Shown piece after piece: positions 25,460 through 39,588 of a stretch of 60,000 nucleotides of DNA. Location: contig CM119371.1 in the NCBI GenBank assembly GCA_051294905.1, positions 18,354,001 through 18,414,000 of the forward strand, written 5' to 3'. The position numbers and the translations under genes are program-made. The stretch's first letter is position 1; every line of letters begins with the position of its first letter. This stretch comes from Botryllus schlosseri. Taxonomy: Eukaryota. Under the pieces are notes generated by a model. The model was given only the letters and a program-made list of their open reading frames with translations, ran no database searches and was not told the origin of the DNA.

Positions 25460-27147
25460 CAGGGGCGGGCAACTTCTCCAGTCGGCGGGCCGGATATAGG
25501 AAAATTAAATACTTGGCGGGCCGGATTGCTGTATCGATACATTATTCGCCCATTTATCCACATATACAAGGAATAAATCGTATTTAATGAATGTATTTTA
25601 ACGACTGCAATGTAACTTCAAAGCCATTTCTCGCCAATAATGACGAAGACAATGTGGATTTGAGAACAGTATTTTCATTGTAATACAGGCACCACTATGT
25701 TTGCTTCTCTCTGATCGATCACCACGGTGGAATCCCTGATTAAGGTTTCAAGGCGTTCGATAAGCCCGGTACTACAAATTCACCAATATATCTCTTCATT
25801 AGGGTTTAGTACAGGTATGACCAACCTTTTTGCCATTCACGGCCGCATTTCGACTATACTCATGTAGCCTACGGCCGCATTCCGGGGCATAGTCGTAATG
25901 AACTATCTGGACGCCAAATACACATGTTATAGTGTCCAGCATGTCCCTTTCCGGTGAACTCCGGACTTATCCATTTAATCACATAGGCATACTATACGCA
26001 CCGACTTCGCGAGTGGTCACTGGTGACTGGTCATGGTTATGTTATGGACCGTACATAATCGCGCGAGGCGCGAAAATATTTTCCGAATCACCTGAATTTC
26101 GTCACAAATAATAGTATTTTTCATATTATTTCTCATCCGATGTCATCAGATTCAACTGTAGATTTGATGGAGGGTGTGTTTTTCGAAAATTTAGGACAAG
26201 ATATCAATGGTGATGGATCTTCGGGTGGGCCAATTATAATTAGTCACTTGGTTGCATGCTATTATTTCTTGACCTACCATCAAGATTGTCCGGATAGCGA
26301 GGAGTACAAGACTCCGAGTTGGTATTTCTATATGAGGCGCATCATTTTCCTCTGCTGTTCACGTCTGTAGGCTACTGTGGGGCTATGATTGCAAAGGGCG
26401 CCACTATATTAAAATCGATAAACGAAGTCACGTTGAATCGCGCGCAGCGCGAAGAAAATTTCATGATTGATTAGGATCTCTCAAAAAATCGAGACTCAAT
26501 TTGTTAATTCAAATTGCATGTCGACGGCCGCCCGCACATACGGTACTAATTGAATTACTTGTCCACAAATTTTCCTTCTACGGCCGCAAGTTGGCCACCC
26601 TGGTTTAGTAGGTGACGAGATATAGCGTGGTTGTTCAACTGTGTGGTCTATTTTATCTCGATATTGAATTCATGCGGCCCGCGGCCTCTAAAAAATTTGA
26701 AAGTGCCCCGCGACCCGTTTCGAGTTGGCGACCCCTGGCATAAGCGATGTCTTACAAAAGCCTAGAAGTGTGTCGTGCTACAAGTCGACGGTTACGGAAT
26801 CAAAAATATGAAATATCGGCCTGGTGTAAATGACCATTGTAGTCGACAAACACCATCATTACCACAAATGACATTAGGGTCAAGTACATCGTAAATGCCG
26901 ATAATGCAAGTCTTCTCGCTTCGACTAACTTACGAGTAAGCACCACCCTCGCTCACTGCGCAGTGCGCATACATGTGTATAATAACATACAGTCACTAAA
27001 ATTTGACGTTTACGCAAGCAGCAGGGAATCTCTGAATACTGGGGCCGCGGGCCACATTATCATGTAAGACAGAAAACTGTCCGCGGGCCGGACAAAATCC
27101 CTTCGCGGGCCGGATCCGGCCCGCGGGCCGTATGTTGCCCACCCCTG
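25460..27147 (+). mobile_element. Non-autonomous hAT (Buster/Charlie-type), family A
   Basis: TIRs caggggcgggcaac / gttgcccacccctg; perfect TSD gcatagag. Other copies at ~30685-30830, 31864-35351 and 37640-39588. Confidence 0.9.
25812..26602. mobile_element. hAT MITE nested in family A
   Basis: Termini caggtatgaccaac / gttggccaccctg; perfect TSD gtttagta. The empty site is visible in the copy at ~34910. Confidence 0.88.
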
Positions 27148-27204
27148 GCATAGAGGAAAAAAGTGATGGTGGCACAGACTAAATAACCCTCGCATAGTAT
27201 ATAT

Positions 27205-29204
27205 CAGTGGTCGGGAACCTATGGCTCGCGAGCCATATATGGCTCTTTTGGACATAAGATATGGCTCTTTGCGAAATTTTTATTTTTGTGCCTAATTTAT
27301 CAATATTGCAGCAACGAGTTATTAAATCATCAGCACGAGCAGTCTAATTATTCTTGTGGCAGTATAAAATGTATTTGAGAGGTTATTACAGTGACATTCA
27401 AGGTTAGGGGTTCGGACCCCCTTTTCAAAATCCTCAAATTTAAGTTGCTGTCTCGCCGTCGACCAATATCACTCGCAATAAATTCGATGTACCCGGTACG
27501 AAATCTTGAATTGCACGATGCATTCATTGATCAAAGAGACGAGGAGACATAGCGGCGCCTGTATCACAATGCAGTTTTCAAATATGCATTGTCTCTCTGA
27601 TCTGCGGCGAGAAATAAACTGCAGTGGAAGTGACATTCACAATTACGAATTGAAATTACAAACAACGCGATAGCTATCCACGTTCTTGATTGATAACGTA
27701 GCTTTGTCGACGCTGTTAAAATGTAGGCGTGTTGCGCAAATGTTACCGTCGAACACGCGAGAATTAAGAAGCCAAATCGGAATCAGTGAGACAATTACAT
27801 TCGAATAATATCAGTCATTACTCATTATACATTCAATGATATTTACAATCCCTTGTCCTCTGTTTCGAACTTTATTTTCTGACAATAAATAGGCAATAAG
27901 TTACGTGATTTTGGTAGTAAAAATGTTCAAAATCCAGTAGGCAGGTGAGGCACTGCGAGCCATATATAGCTCTTTTGGGTATAAAATATGCCTCTTTGCC
28001 AAATATATATTGTTGTACTGAATTGATCAATATTGCAGCAACTTGCTAGAAAATTTTCATCACGGCCAGAATAAGTATTTCTCGTGGCAATATACACATG
28101 ACTTTGAGAGGTAAATACAACGCCGTCTTCAGGTTTGGGGCAGGAATCACCTCTTTTCAAAATCATCAAATTTAAGCTATACTGTCGCGCCGGCGACCAA
28201 TATCACTCGCGAATTCGATGTACCCGACTCGAAATCTTGGATTGCACAATACGTTGATTGATCAAAGAGAATATAAGACATATGGCGACGCCCATATGAC
28301 AACGCAATTTTCAAATACATATTATCTTACTGATCTACGGCGCGAAATGAACTGCCGTGGACGTTACGTTCACAATTACAATACTCAAATTACAAAAATT
28401 GTAGTAGCTATCCATGTTTTTGATTGGTAGGCCTAAGTAGCTCTGTACTACCGGCAATAAGACGTAGGCGTGCGTCGCAACGTTATGTGTAACTGCCGAA
28501 GACTTTAAGGATTTAGAATTCGATCAGTATTTAGATCTTAGGAATCACGGGGACAATTAGACTAGATTAATATCATTTATATTAAATCATAAGCTATTTA
28601 CGATGAATTGTGTTATCAATGGTCTGTGTCTGCGTCTGTGCCTTACTTCTCGTTTCGCGCTTTATTTACGAACAATAAATATGCAAATTGTGTGATTTCG
28701 GGAGAAAAATGTTAAAAATCGTGTCGTTCATGAACATCGATAGAAGATACCAAAAGTAATTGAAGGTTTCACAATTTTCGTTCACTCATACTGACGACAG
28801 GTGAGGTACTGCCTCACTTGCCTCCCCTAACCCGACGTCACTGATGTATCACAAATTTTAGATTGGTAGGCATATTACTGCTGTAGTGGCCATGTTTGAC
28901 TCCACCTACGCATGTGATCGTGGGTTCTCGCATTTAAAAGGATAATCACGACGAGCCTACGTTCTATTAACTCATGTTTTGCATGCTTAAATAAAGTAAC
29001 CAGCATGATTAGAACGGGTTTTAACAGAGAAAATGTGGCGCACCCGACGGATACCATGTAGTTAGTTGAAATTAGTGCTACCATGACGTCACGAAGTTTC
29101 AATTGTGACGTAACAGTCGATCTACATGTATGGCTCTTTAATAATTAAAATGGAAAAAATAGGGCCAATATGGCTCTTCGGACAAAAAAGGTTCCCGACC
29201 ACTG
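27205..29204. mobile_element. 2-kb hAT (Buster-type) element with an internal ~730-bp duplication
   Basis: Perfect TIR cagtggtcgggaacct / aggttcccgaccactg; TSD gtatatat/gtatatag. Confidence 0.88.
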
Positions 29205-29234
29205 GTATATAGGCTCTATCATATCTCACAAGTC

Positions 29235-30660
29235 TAGAGGTCTCAAACACGCGGCCCGCGACGGCATTTTGGAATTTCAAGTACTCAACAATATATTCAA
29301 GTGACGTATATCTTTTTGGTATGAGAACTTAAATTTCACGCTCAAACTACTATAAGAAACACTGATATCTCAACAAACTTCACTATCACATCACTTTTAA
29401 AAGCTACCATGGGTAGAAGATCAGCTATTACGTCACATTTCTAGTTCATGATGATAAGACATGACCCGTTGATGATTCGTGACTGAAAATTGTGATTTGG
29501 TTTGGTGCGACCTTCTCGTAAAATTACTCGATTTCGGATTGACTGAGTGATTAAATAAAAATAACTCTAGTTGAGTCGGGTTAAACGTTTAAATCAGAGA
29601 ACGACTTGCGACTCGGAACGGTGACTTGGTAATCCTACATATACAACAATCTATGAAACTGGTCAGTATGGCAACCATTGGTATTCTGTGACCCCCGTGA
29701 CGTATAGTTGGCTACATGCTGGGTGTTGTTTGTTCTCTTTAGGCCTATCCATGTTATCAGTGGCGAGTAAGGTATAGTCAGGGATATCCCTGGGTATGAT
29801 AGTACGCTCTACAGCTGTAACACCAATGAATTCTTCGCCGATTGGACATTTCTATTCCAGGGGTTCTGCACCACATCAGGGTTTCCGATATGTATTGTGA
29901 AATTAGGCCTATATGCTGCGGAATATTTTCTTCTCCAGTTTATTCAACTGGAAAATACTCTTCGCGCTACGCGCGATTTTGTGCGAATGTGCTTTCTGAT
30001 TTTAATACGGATACCATCGGAAATTGTGTTGAAATGGACAGGGGCTACGAGAGATCGTATTGGAAACGCAAAGGGTACGATCGCTAAAAAGGTTCAGAAG
30101 CAATGACATTACTATGAAGCAATAATGATTATATTTAAGTTGTTAATAATATTTTCCAATAATAATCGATGGAAAAATCTAACGCTGATTTGATTTGACT
30201 TGGGCAATGACGGTAACAATATCCGATACTTATCACAACTATATCAAAACCATGATTACGCTACACCGCTCTGATATCAAATCAATCTTCAGTAGATTTT
30301 AAAATATTAAACAAAATTGTGACACGTCAAAAGTCCAGTAGCTGCATTACGTAGTCATGATGCATTCTCTCGCATGGTGTCTATGACGATAACTCATTAA
30401 TTAAAAAAATTATGCGCGACACAAAAACGATTTTATTCAAATATTTGACAATGTGATTTTTTCCGTGTCAAGCGTGAACACGAACAGTAAAATAGTAAAT
30501 TATATTTCCATGATGTTTGTGGAATGCCTGTCTGCAAGGTTCCGTCAAATAAGGCCTACTTGAAAATTGTGCATTAAATATCCCTATTATTGATCCTGCG
30601 GCCCGTGGCGTCATGGAAAACTAGGAAATGGGCCCGCGAGCACATTTGAGTTTGAGAGTT
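29235..30660. mobile_element. Charlie/Buster-like element
   Basis: Starts tagaggtctcaaacacgcggcccgcg and ends ...ggcccgcg...gagtttgaga; 3' part is shared with 1305-1599. Confidence 0.6.
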
Positions 30661-32190
30661 GTGCACTAGTCAAAGCATCTCGATCAAGGGCGGGCAACTT
30701 CTCCAGTCGGCGGGCCGGATATAGGAAAATTGGGAACTTGGCGGGCCGGATTGCAGAATCGATACATTATTTGCCCATTTATCCACATATACAAGGAATA
30801 ACACGTATTTAATGAATGTATTTTAGACTGTCAGTATGCTTTCTTTCATCTCACCAACAAACACAACATATAAATTGGTATGGATTGGGAGACGACGGGG
30901 ACCGAAAGGTCTTAGATTCAGTTGCAACCTAGTGGAGTTAACGAGTAAATATGGCACGATGTAAGTCTATCAAGACTAACGATTATTACAGTTAACCAAT
31001 AGACATAAAAATTACAAAAGATAAAAGTAATGGGAAATCAGCCGTAAACATCCAAGCATTATTATTATTATTACAGAGGTATTATACAGTGACACCTGTT
31101 ATCCTCCGTAGAGTCATAGTCCTGTTCATGTTGTGGTAATCACCGCCGCCGATATGCCTATATTTATCTAAAATATGCGCAATTGCGCATTTCTCTCTCA
31201 CTAATCATATTTAAATTTGAACCTGCAGGAACGCTAAATCGCGGGAAGCGCGACGAAAATTTTTAAGTTTAATAAATCTCATCCAACAAATTAATTTTTG
31301 GCCACTGCGAGCTCCCCCCAGACAGATAGTTATGGCCTGGAAGATCATTTAACTCTTGTGTACACCCGCTGTTCCACTCACGTTGTGAAACCAAATCATG
31401 CAATCCCCACATGCACTGTGTGATCGGGGTTTTAGTTTCGCTATGGTGCGGAATAATATAACAATTATGGGCCTGCTTCAAACAATTCTTTGGTGAATGG
31501 GATACTACGTAAGACTAGAGAAATATTTTTAATATGCTAGCTGTAAAATGTACATAGGCTTGAACCTATTGAAGTTTCGATGTCAGAACATTAAATCCAA
31601 CGATACAATCAATTCATGTTAGCCTACTCTTACATTATGTACAATGATTTTAACGCCGGACATTTTAGACCGATTCCAAAGAATGTACTGTGCTAAATCC
31701 TCATTCCATTACGATTTGTTGCGGTGATGCCGTAGAAAGTTGATGATAAATTGCAATTTAGGCTATTTTATGTTACAATAATACGACCTGCCAAAGTACC
31801 GTAAATCTACATCAAATGCACTTCAGTCCGAGTTTAATGCACACCGTTTTTAAGGGCATAAGACAAGGGCTTCAACTTCTCCAGTGAGCCGGATATAGGA
31901 AAATTAGGTACTTGGCAGGCCTGATTGCTGAATCAATATATTATTCCCAGGGTTATAATGACTCGAGTCATGACTCGACTCGAGTCAGACTCCAGTCACG
32001 ATTTTTTGTGACTCGACTTGACTCGAGTCATTTTCTTGAAATGGGAAAATGACTCGACTCGACTCGAGTCAATATCTGGATTGACTCGACTTGTACTCGA
32101 GTCATTACGCATGACTCGACCCAAGTCATTGACTCGGCTTATTTTATAGGACTTGAAGATGAAGAAATTTGCGAATCGTAATGGTTAGAT

Positions 32191-32890
32191 CAGGGCCGGC
32201 CAACCCGCGAGAAGGTTTTGAATGGCCCGCGAGGTAATTTCCGAAATTTCTAATATCATCAAAAAATGGATTGCACAGATTTTGAGCTTGCAAGGCCAAC
32301 CAAAAATTTGATTAGTCTGGCCGCAATACTTGAGATGTGATGACTAAAATATCAGTTCCAACGCATTGACGGATCCATCAGCCAGTCAAATATTGGTATA
32401 TCTTCGTACACTACAGTAGAGCAGAATAATTTGCGATAGATTTATCAGAGGTAAAAAAATTCTACAAGCTTAGCGCAATATGTTGTCACTCGATTTCTTG
32501 TTTTTAATATTGTTTCCCTTTTGTTAAAATGGAAGAACACCTAATGTATCAGATTGAGTCTAACTATATTCGCGATTACGAGACAAAGTGTCGTTCAACA
32601 TATGCGAACTTGCGTTTGCGCTCGCAGTAAGACCGTCGACCATGAAACCTAGGCACGAAATGATTGACGCATGTTGGTCACAGCTTTCGATATCGATCTG
32701 TCCATGCGCCGAATAGCCCAGTCCTCGCAAACTTAGCCCAGCGATATACAGCAGGCCCGCAATATAGTCAAGTGACAATATTATTGACCCATGGACTTCA
32801 TCAAAATGTCGCGCTTCGCGCGGATAGTGGCCCGCGCAAAAGTTCGTCAATCGAATGTGGCCCTTTGGCCGAAAAGGTTGGCCAGCCCTG
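32191..32890. mobile_element. Family C hAT MITE
   Basis: TIRs cagggccggccaacc / ggttggccagccctg; perfect TSD ggttagat; inverted copy at 36699-37406. Confidence 0.9.
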
Positions 32891-33124
32891 GGTTAGATCA
32901 ACGCATCTGACGAATTCTGCCGACATCGCTATTTGTCACCACTGCTTTCGTTGCACTCGTCTGATATCAGATATGCCGCCGTAAAAGTAACAGACAATGG
33001 TACATAGTGGCAATGCATTGTACAAAATCATCCAGTGATGAAGAGGTAATAGATCCTCCGCAATAAAAGTACTCAAGACTATACAATCAAACAATCGAAA
33101 CAAAGTTCAATTAGGGCCAATGAA

Positions 33125-33391
33125 ATGACTCAGATGGTCAAGTACTGGAAGAGACTGATAAGCTCATGTGCGGATTTGAAGGCGATGATTCTTTGCATTT
33201 TTGGGCGACTAGAAAGAATGAATAGGCTATCCATGCTCTTCAGTGTGGTTCAAAAATGCTGGTCAATTCCTGCATCTAGTGCGCCAGTGGAACGTGTATT
33301 CAGTAGATGTGGATTTATTATAAGTCGCTTTAACATATCTGAGGATCTCCCTTTAACTTTAGTATTTTTGAAGTGTAACTCATTGATTTGA
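33125..33391 (+). pseudogene. hAT transposase C-terminal dimerisation domain remnant
   Basis: Translation SIPASSAPVERVFSRCGFII...TLVFLKCN matches the hATC motif (PATSA.SERVFS..G...LVFL..N). Confidence 0.85.
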
Positions 33392-36358
33392 TCTGCTGTA
33401 TGTGAAAACACACAATACCCTCCGTCCATTTGACGTTTTGTTAGGTATGTGCATTGTGCACGTGAGTAATAATGAATGGCTAATGTTGTGTAATGTTTGT
33501 ACAATAGGGCTGTTCAAAAATAACTTCTTTTTTATTATTCTACCGGGTGGCTACTTGATAAAATTATTATGTTGCATAAAAAGAACACTGAATCTGGCTT
33601 AATTTTGAAAAATATAATCAATGATGAGAGGAGAAAATTTTGGATTTGAAAATAAATGGAGTATTTTAGTGTGAAATTCTTCCATATAATATTATTACAT
33701 ACTAGTAGTAAGCCACCCTAATACCTTTGCTTCTTCTAGTTGGAATAGAGCCAAATTTGCTATGAATTACGTTTTTACACAATCTAACCATATCACGATG
33801 TAGCCGGTAAAATTCGAAAATCTCCATTTGTAATTAATCCAAAATTTTCTCTCATAGCATTGCTTTCTACTGGTTGGGATTGAGCCAAATTTAAGTTCTT
33901 TTAGGCAATATAACAATTTCAAGAAGGGGCCTCCTTTTTGAGATTTTGTCCTCTTTTTTAAGAATTTTTGGTAAATGTAGGGCAAATTCGACTAAGATAC
34001 AGCACTGAAGTAACGCTCCGGAAGCTATTTCGTGAGCTGAGCAGGAAAGTTGACCTTTTTCAGTCAACTACCTGATAATGTGGAAGAAAAACTGTACCTC
34101 TACATCTACATAGACATGCATATGTTGATTCTCTATCAGCTGATATCTAGACGTGAATTCGTTGGTTATCTATAAGCTATTTGTGAGCTGTCGTCGATGT
34201 GCTCATAATAAAAAATGAATGCTTGTATTTGTGATGTGATGTGACTGACGAGACAGATATTTGATTTAAAGTTCTACGAATAGTTAACTTATCATATTGG
34301 CGGCCTGTCTCGTCTATCTGTAGCATCGGTAAATGAGGCCAGCAACTGTCCGTTATCTACCTAAATATACATGGGCCAAGACTCTGGTAGGGACAAAATA
34401 AGCATGTTTGGCAAGCAAGGAATTCGATATCGCCCTAGCAGGATTGAGAACATAAGTTAAACATGACTTCAATGCTGTGACTTGGACTCGGACTCGAGTC
34501 ATAACACTATGACTCGGACTTGACCGTTTAAACGGTGACTTGGACTCGGACTCGAGTCGGTGATTAATTGAAAATGACTGGACTTGACTCGAGTCAAAAC
34601 CACAAAAGTAAGATTGACTCGTGACTCGGAGCCATGTGACTTGGTTACAACCCTGATTATTCCCCCATTTATCCACTATACAAGGAATAAATCGTATTGA
34701 ATGAATGTGTTTTAACGACAGCAATGTCACTTCAAAGCCATTTCTCGCCGATAATGGCGACGACAATGAGGATTTGAGAATAACATTGTCATACAGGCGC
34801 CGCCATATCGGCTTCTCTCTGATCAATCAACACACGTTGCAATCCCTAATGAGGATTTCAAAGCCTTCGCTAAGCCCGGTAACCATAATTTACCAAGATA
34901 TCAATTCATTAGGGTTGAGTAGGTGATGAGATAGCGTCGTTGTTCAACTCTGTGGCCGAATCAATCTCGATATTGAATTCATGCTGCCCGCGTCCGCTAC
35001 GAAATTTGAAAAGTGGCCTGCGACCCGTTTTGAGTTGGCGACCCCTGGCATGAGCGGTGCCTTACAAAAGCCTAGAAGTGTGTCGTGCTACAAGTCGGCG
35101 GTTACGGAATCCGAAATAAGAAATATCAGCCTAGTGTTAAGTGGCCAATGGCCATTGTAGTCGACAAAATCATGATTACCACAGACGGCAATAGGGCTGA
35201 GTGCATCGTAAATGCCGATAATACAAGTCTTCTCGCTTCGACGAGCTTACGCGTAAGCTCCACTCTCGCAGCGCTGCGCACACAAGTATACAATAACATG
35301 CAGTTACTAAAATTTGACGTAGTGGGGAATATCGTATGCTGCCCGCCCCTGGCATAAGACGTATGACACTGCTTATGGTTACTTCAGCAATAACTTCCGG
35401 TTGTTATGTAATCGAAATTATTTTCGTTGCTATTGGTCGTAGGTTGTCATAGACAGGGGACAAAAGCCACCGCTATATCCCTCCCGTTTCGACTTGTACA
35501 TTATGACTCCATACGCGTCTCATCAGAGTCGGATGAAAAGCTTAATGTAGCCTACGTAGTGGATAATATGAATATCTTTTTGAATATATGAACGTAACAA
35601 ATATGACTACCAAACTTTCACTAATTCTACAATTGTCCAAATAGCTCCATGGCCCACCCTTTGAGAGCCCCTGGTCTAGTTTCTTGGCTATAGTACAACC
35701 CAACACAGTGACCTGGGTTATGTACAAACTATTCACATTTTTTTGGTTGCAAAATATTCAACAAATATTACTAACATATGAAAATATCGCTGCTGTACCA
35801 TCGCGACCTATACTTCAAGTACCACTGCTATGAGTGGAAGTAGTATAAAACATAATGCCTTTAGTAAGTCGCACAAGTGGGTAACTAGTTCTTTGAGTGC
35901 CTCGGAAAAAGCACCAGATTTTCCTTACCGATCATCTCTGCTGATAACATCAAAGATTCTGGCCTATTAATCCTGCGAACATGCATCAGATATACCTGAT
36001 GTAAGAAAAATTCTTATGATCCAGACATCGCTCCAGTCACAAACCTTGTATTGAAACATTTACAGCTTTATTTGAGGTGTTTTGTAAAGAAATAGATTTA
36101 AACAACTCAATGCAGCAATAACAAGAATCACGAGAGCAGAGTTGTAATGACTCGACTCGAGTCACGATATTTTGGTGACTCAACTTGAGTCAATCTTTTT
36201 AAATGCATGAAATGACTCGAATCTAGTCAATGACTGGAGAGTAGGACGGCCAAGACAGACATTTCATTGTAACTTCGGAGAACAGTAAGTCACCACATTA
36301 TTGGTATTTCGTCTGTCAGTTCTGATACTTGCGAAATAGAACCAGGAACTGTTAGGAC

Positions 36359-37553
36359 CAGGGCTTTGGAGCCGGAGCCGGAGCCCGTTATTTGAGGAGT
36401 AGCTCCGGCTCCGACGAATTTCATAAGATGCTATTATATATGCAACAACCATATCTGCTGATTTATCATAATTGAACACTGAACAGCAGACTCGAATTTT
36501 AATGCGGTGCACAGTAATGGCATGGCATAGACTAGAGTAAAGTGCGTTCTAGTGCAACTATGACAATTGACAAGTATTCATTATGACGCCACACGCCGGC
36601 ACCTATGTCTTCGTTGCTACATCGGATGTTACTGACGGCTGACAGACTCTAGATTACTAGATAACTAACCTATGGGTAGATTAGTAATCTATATAGACCA
36701 GGAGTGGACAACCTTTTCGGCTAAAGGGGCACGTGCAATTGACGAACGAGTGCGCGGTCCACTAGCCGCGCCAAGAGGGTAAAAATTTGAAAGTTTATAA
36801 ATAAACTAGGTCAATAATATTATTACTTGAGTATATTGCGGGTCTACTGTATACCACCCGCTATAGCCTATAGGCTCAGTTTGCAAGGACACGACTATTC
36901 GGCGTCTGGCCACATCGATATCGAAGGTCTCCGATAATATGCGACAATCATTTTGTGCCTACATTTCACAGTCGACGATCTTTATGCAAGCGCAAGCGCG
37001 AAAAGACTTTCTCCCGTAATTGCGAATACAGTTAGAATCAATCGGGCAAATTATAGGCGTTTTTTTTTCATTCTCAGTAGAGGGTAGGCTACCAAGCAAG
37101 AAATCGTGTGACAATTAAACACGCGAAGCGTGAAGAAAAATTTCACTACGATTTTATTTTTCACTACTAGTTTATTTTAATGTACGACGATTTACTGAAA
37201 ATGTGACTGGACGCTGGATCTGACAATGCGTCGGAACTGATATTTTAGTCATCAACATCCCAAGTGTCGCAGCCAGACTTGTAATTTTTGGTTGGCATTG
37301 CAAGTTCACAATCTGAGCAATTCATTTTCGATAATATAATACTACCTCGCGGGTCACGCAAAACCCTCTCGCGGGCAGCATTTGGCCCGCGGGTTATCCA
37401 CCCCTGATATAGACAGGTCCATTCGATAATTTCAGAGCCGGAGCTGGAGCAGTGGTAATAATGCGGCTCCGGAGCTGGAGCCGGAGCTAATGTATGATAG
37501 AAGAAAGCTCCGGAGCCGGAGCAGTTTAAATTTACGGCTGCTCCAAAGCCCTG
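36359..37553. mobile_element. Family D hAT (GGAGCC subterminal repeats)
   Basis: Perfect TIR cagggctttggagc / gctccaaagccctg; perfect TSD gttaggac. Confidence 0.9.
36699..37406. mobile_element. Family C copy nested in D
   Basis: Perfect TSD atatagac; reverse-complement homology to 32191-32890. Confidence 0.87.
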
Positions 37554-37639
37554 GTTAGGACCGAGGAAAATTGCGATATTATGAATGCGAGCTATTGACT
37601 CGAGTCACAACACTATGGCTCGGACTTGACCCTCTACTC

Positions 37640-39588
37640 CAGGGCCGGGCAACATACGGCCCGCGACGGCATTTTGTCCGGCCCGTGGGCAGCTTCCCGT
37701 CTTACATGATAATGTGGCCCGAAGCCGATCAGTCTGCCGAGCTTTCCCACTACTTGCTTACGTCAGATTTTAGTGACTTTATGTTTTAATATATTCGTGT
37801 GTGTGCACTGCACAGCGTGCGAGAGTGGAGCTTACAGATCAGTTCGTCGAAGGGAGCAGAATCGCATTGTCAGCATTTAGTATGTACTTGACCCCAATGT
37901 TGTTTGTCGACTGCAATGGTCATTTACACCAGGCCGATAATGCCTATTTTTGATTCCGTAACGGCCAACTAGTAGCACGGCACACCTTCATGCAGGCTAT
38001 TATGAGACACCGCTCAATAGTTATGCCGATGAGATGGCGAGGAGGAGCCTGGATAAACCTCCAACACTTAGGTAGCAATTCTAGAGTCGGACTCGAACTC
38101 ATAACACATTGGGTTTTGTAGTTGTGGATCATACCACTGCACTATCTCGCCACCTACTCAACAACCCTAAGGAATTGATATTATGGTAAATTTGGGGTAC
38201 CGGTCTGATCGAACAACTTAAAATCCTAATTAGGGATTACAACTTGTATTGATTGATCAGAGAGCATCGGACATGACGGTGCATGTATGACAGTGGTTCT
38301 CAAGCTGGGGGGCGTGGAAGCATCTGAAAGGAGCGCGAAGTCACAGTTAATTCATAAAATTTTCGCGCTCGGCGCGATTTACCTCGAGCTCATCGTGTTT
38401 ACTCTATCTCATCATCATCATCATCATCATTGGTTTATTAGCAATTTTATCAGTTCAATACACCACAAAAAAGCGATACAATGAATAGACAGGAAGATGT
38501 CGAAACGACTTGGATTTGTCAATGGAATCAGACACCCGCCTTGGCCTAGGCGTAGTAAAGAGGAGGCATGCACACTGAATGAAAGTAAAGAATATAGTAT
38601 AGAAAAAGAAAGCGACAAGAAATAGGGCGGCGTGTCACGGGAAGCAAGATCGATAGGTCAGTCGTGGTCCGGTAATCTTGAGGATGCACTGTATGTATTT
38701 AATAGTAATTGCTTGTATTTCGACTTGAATGTGGACATGCTAGTCGACTGTCGGATGGCCTGCGGGATACTGTTCCACACATCAGGTCCGGCATATTTGA
38801 TGGAGCGATGATCTTTTAGGTCGATCATATGATATTTGGACGACGTGGACGCGCGTGTGTTGTACTTGTGCACTTTTGATTCCGAGGTAAAGAAATCATT
38901 GAAATATTCGGGGCAACGACCGCAGTGGAACTGATACATAAACTTGGCGATTTCTAGTTTCCGCATATCTTCTATGTTTAGGACGCTGAATCTCTTCAGC
39001 AGCGACTGTTGGATGGGCAACCAGGCCCCTTTGGAGCTCTAGCTATGATTCGGAGTACTTTATGCTGTAGTTTTTGCAGTGGCTTGAGTGCAGTTTTATT
39101 GGCAGCCCCCCAACACAGGATGCCATAATGTAACTTCGATTGGAATAAGGATTTAAAGAGTATCAGAAGAACTCACTATTGCCGAAATTTCATGTGACAA
39201 TTCTCTCATCAATAGCCATAACCTGTAATGCCAGCAAACCATAAGTTGGGAGGGCTACTATTCTGATTCACCTCTTTAATATTTCTGATATCACGATAAG
39301 GTTGGCACGGAATCTTTCCCTATTAATAAGGGGTGCGTGTTCAAAAAAGTTTGAGAACCATACATGACAATACTGTTCTCAAATCCACATTATCTTCGAC
39401 ATTATCGGCGAGAAATTGCTTTGAAACAAAATTGCTTCCTTAAAATACTATCATTAAATACTATTTATTCCATGTATAATGTATATGTGAATGAATGAGC
39501 AAATATTGTATCGATTCAGCAATCCGGCCCGCCAAGCACCTAATTTTCCTATATCCGGCCCGCCGACTGGAGAAGTTGCCCGCCCCTG
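37640..39588 (-). mobile_element. Family A copy (inverted)
   Basis: TIRs; perfect TSD ctctactc. Confidence 0.88.
38411..39170 (-). mobile_element. 5'-truncated LINE (L2/CR1 group, Crack/Daphne-like): ORF2 C-terminus, 3' UTR and (ATG)n tail
   Basis: Translation ...FQSKLHYGILCWG...LQKLQHKVLRII / LNIEDMRKLEIAKFMYQF...HKYNTR...YAGPDVWNSIP; microsatellite tail at 38411-38430. Confidence 0.85.

Larger units (their letters stand above)
31948..34655 (+). mobile_element. Family B hAT (GACTCGAGTC subterminal repeats), long copy with a transposase remnant
   Basis: TIRs cagggttataa / ttacaaccctg; perfect TSD attattcc. Confidence 0.9.
31864..35351 (+). mobile_element. Family A copy hosting nested elements
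   Basis: Perfect TSD gcataaga (31856-31863 and 35352-35359); colinear with 25460-27147. Confidence 0.88.

Noticed and set aside
31955..32140. GACTCGAGTC short repeats as a regulatory or CRISPR array
   Set aside because: They are irregularly spaced subterminal repeats of a TSD-flanked hAT family.
34353..34826. 157-aa ORF
   Set aside because: It crosses the junction between family B and family A transposons and has no protein signature.
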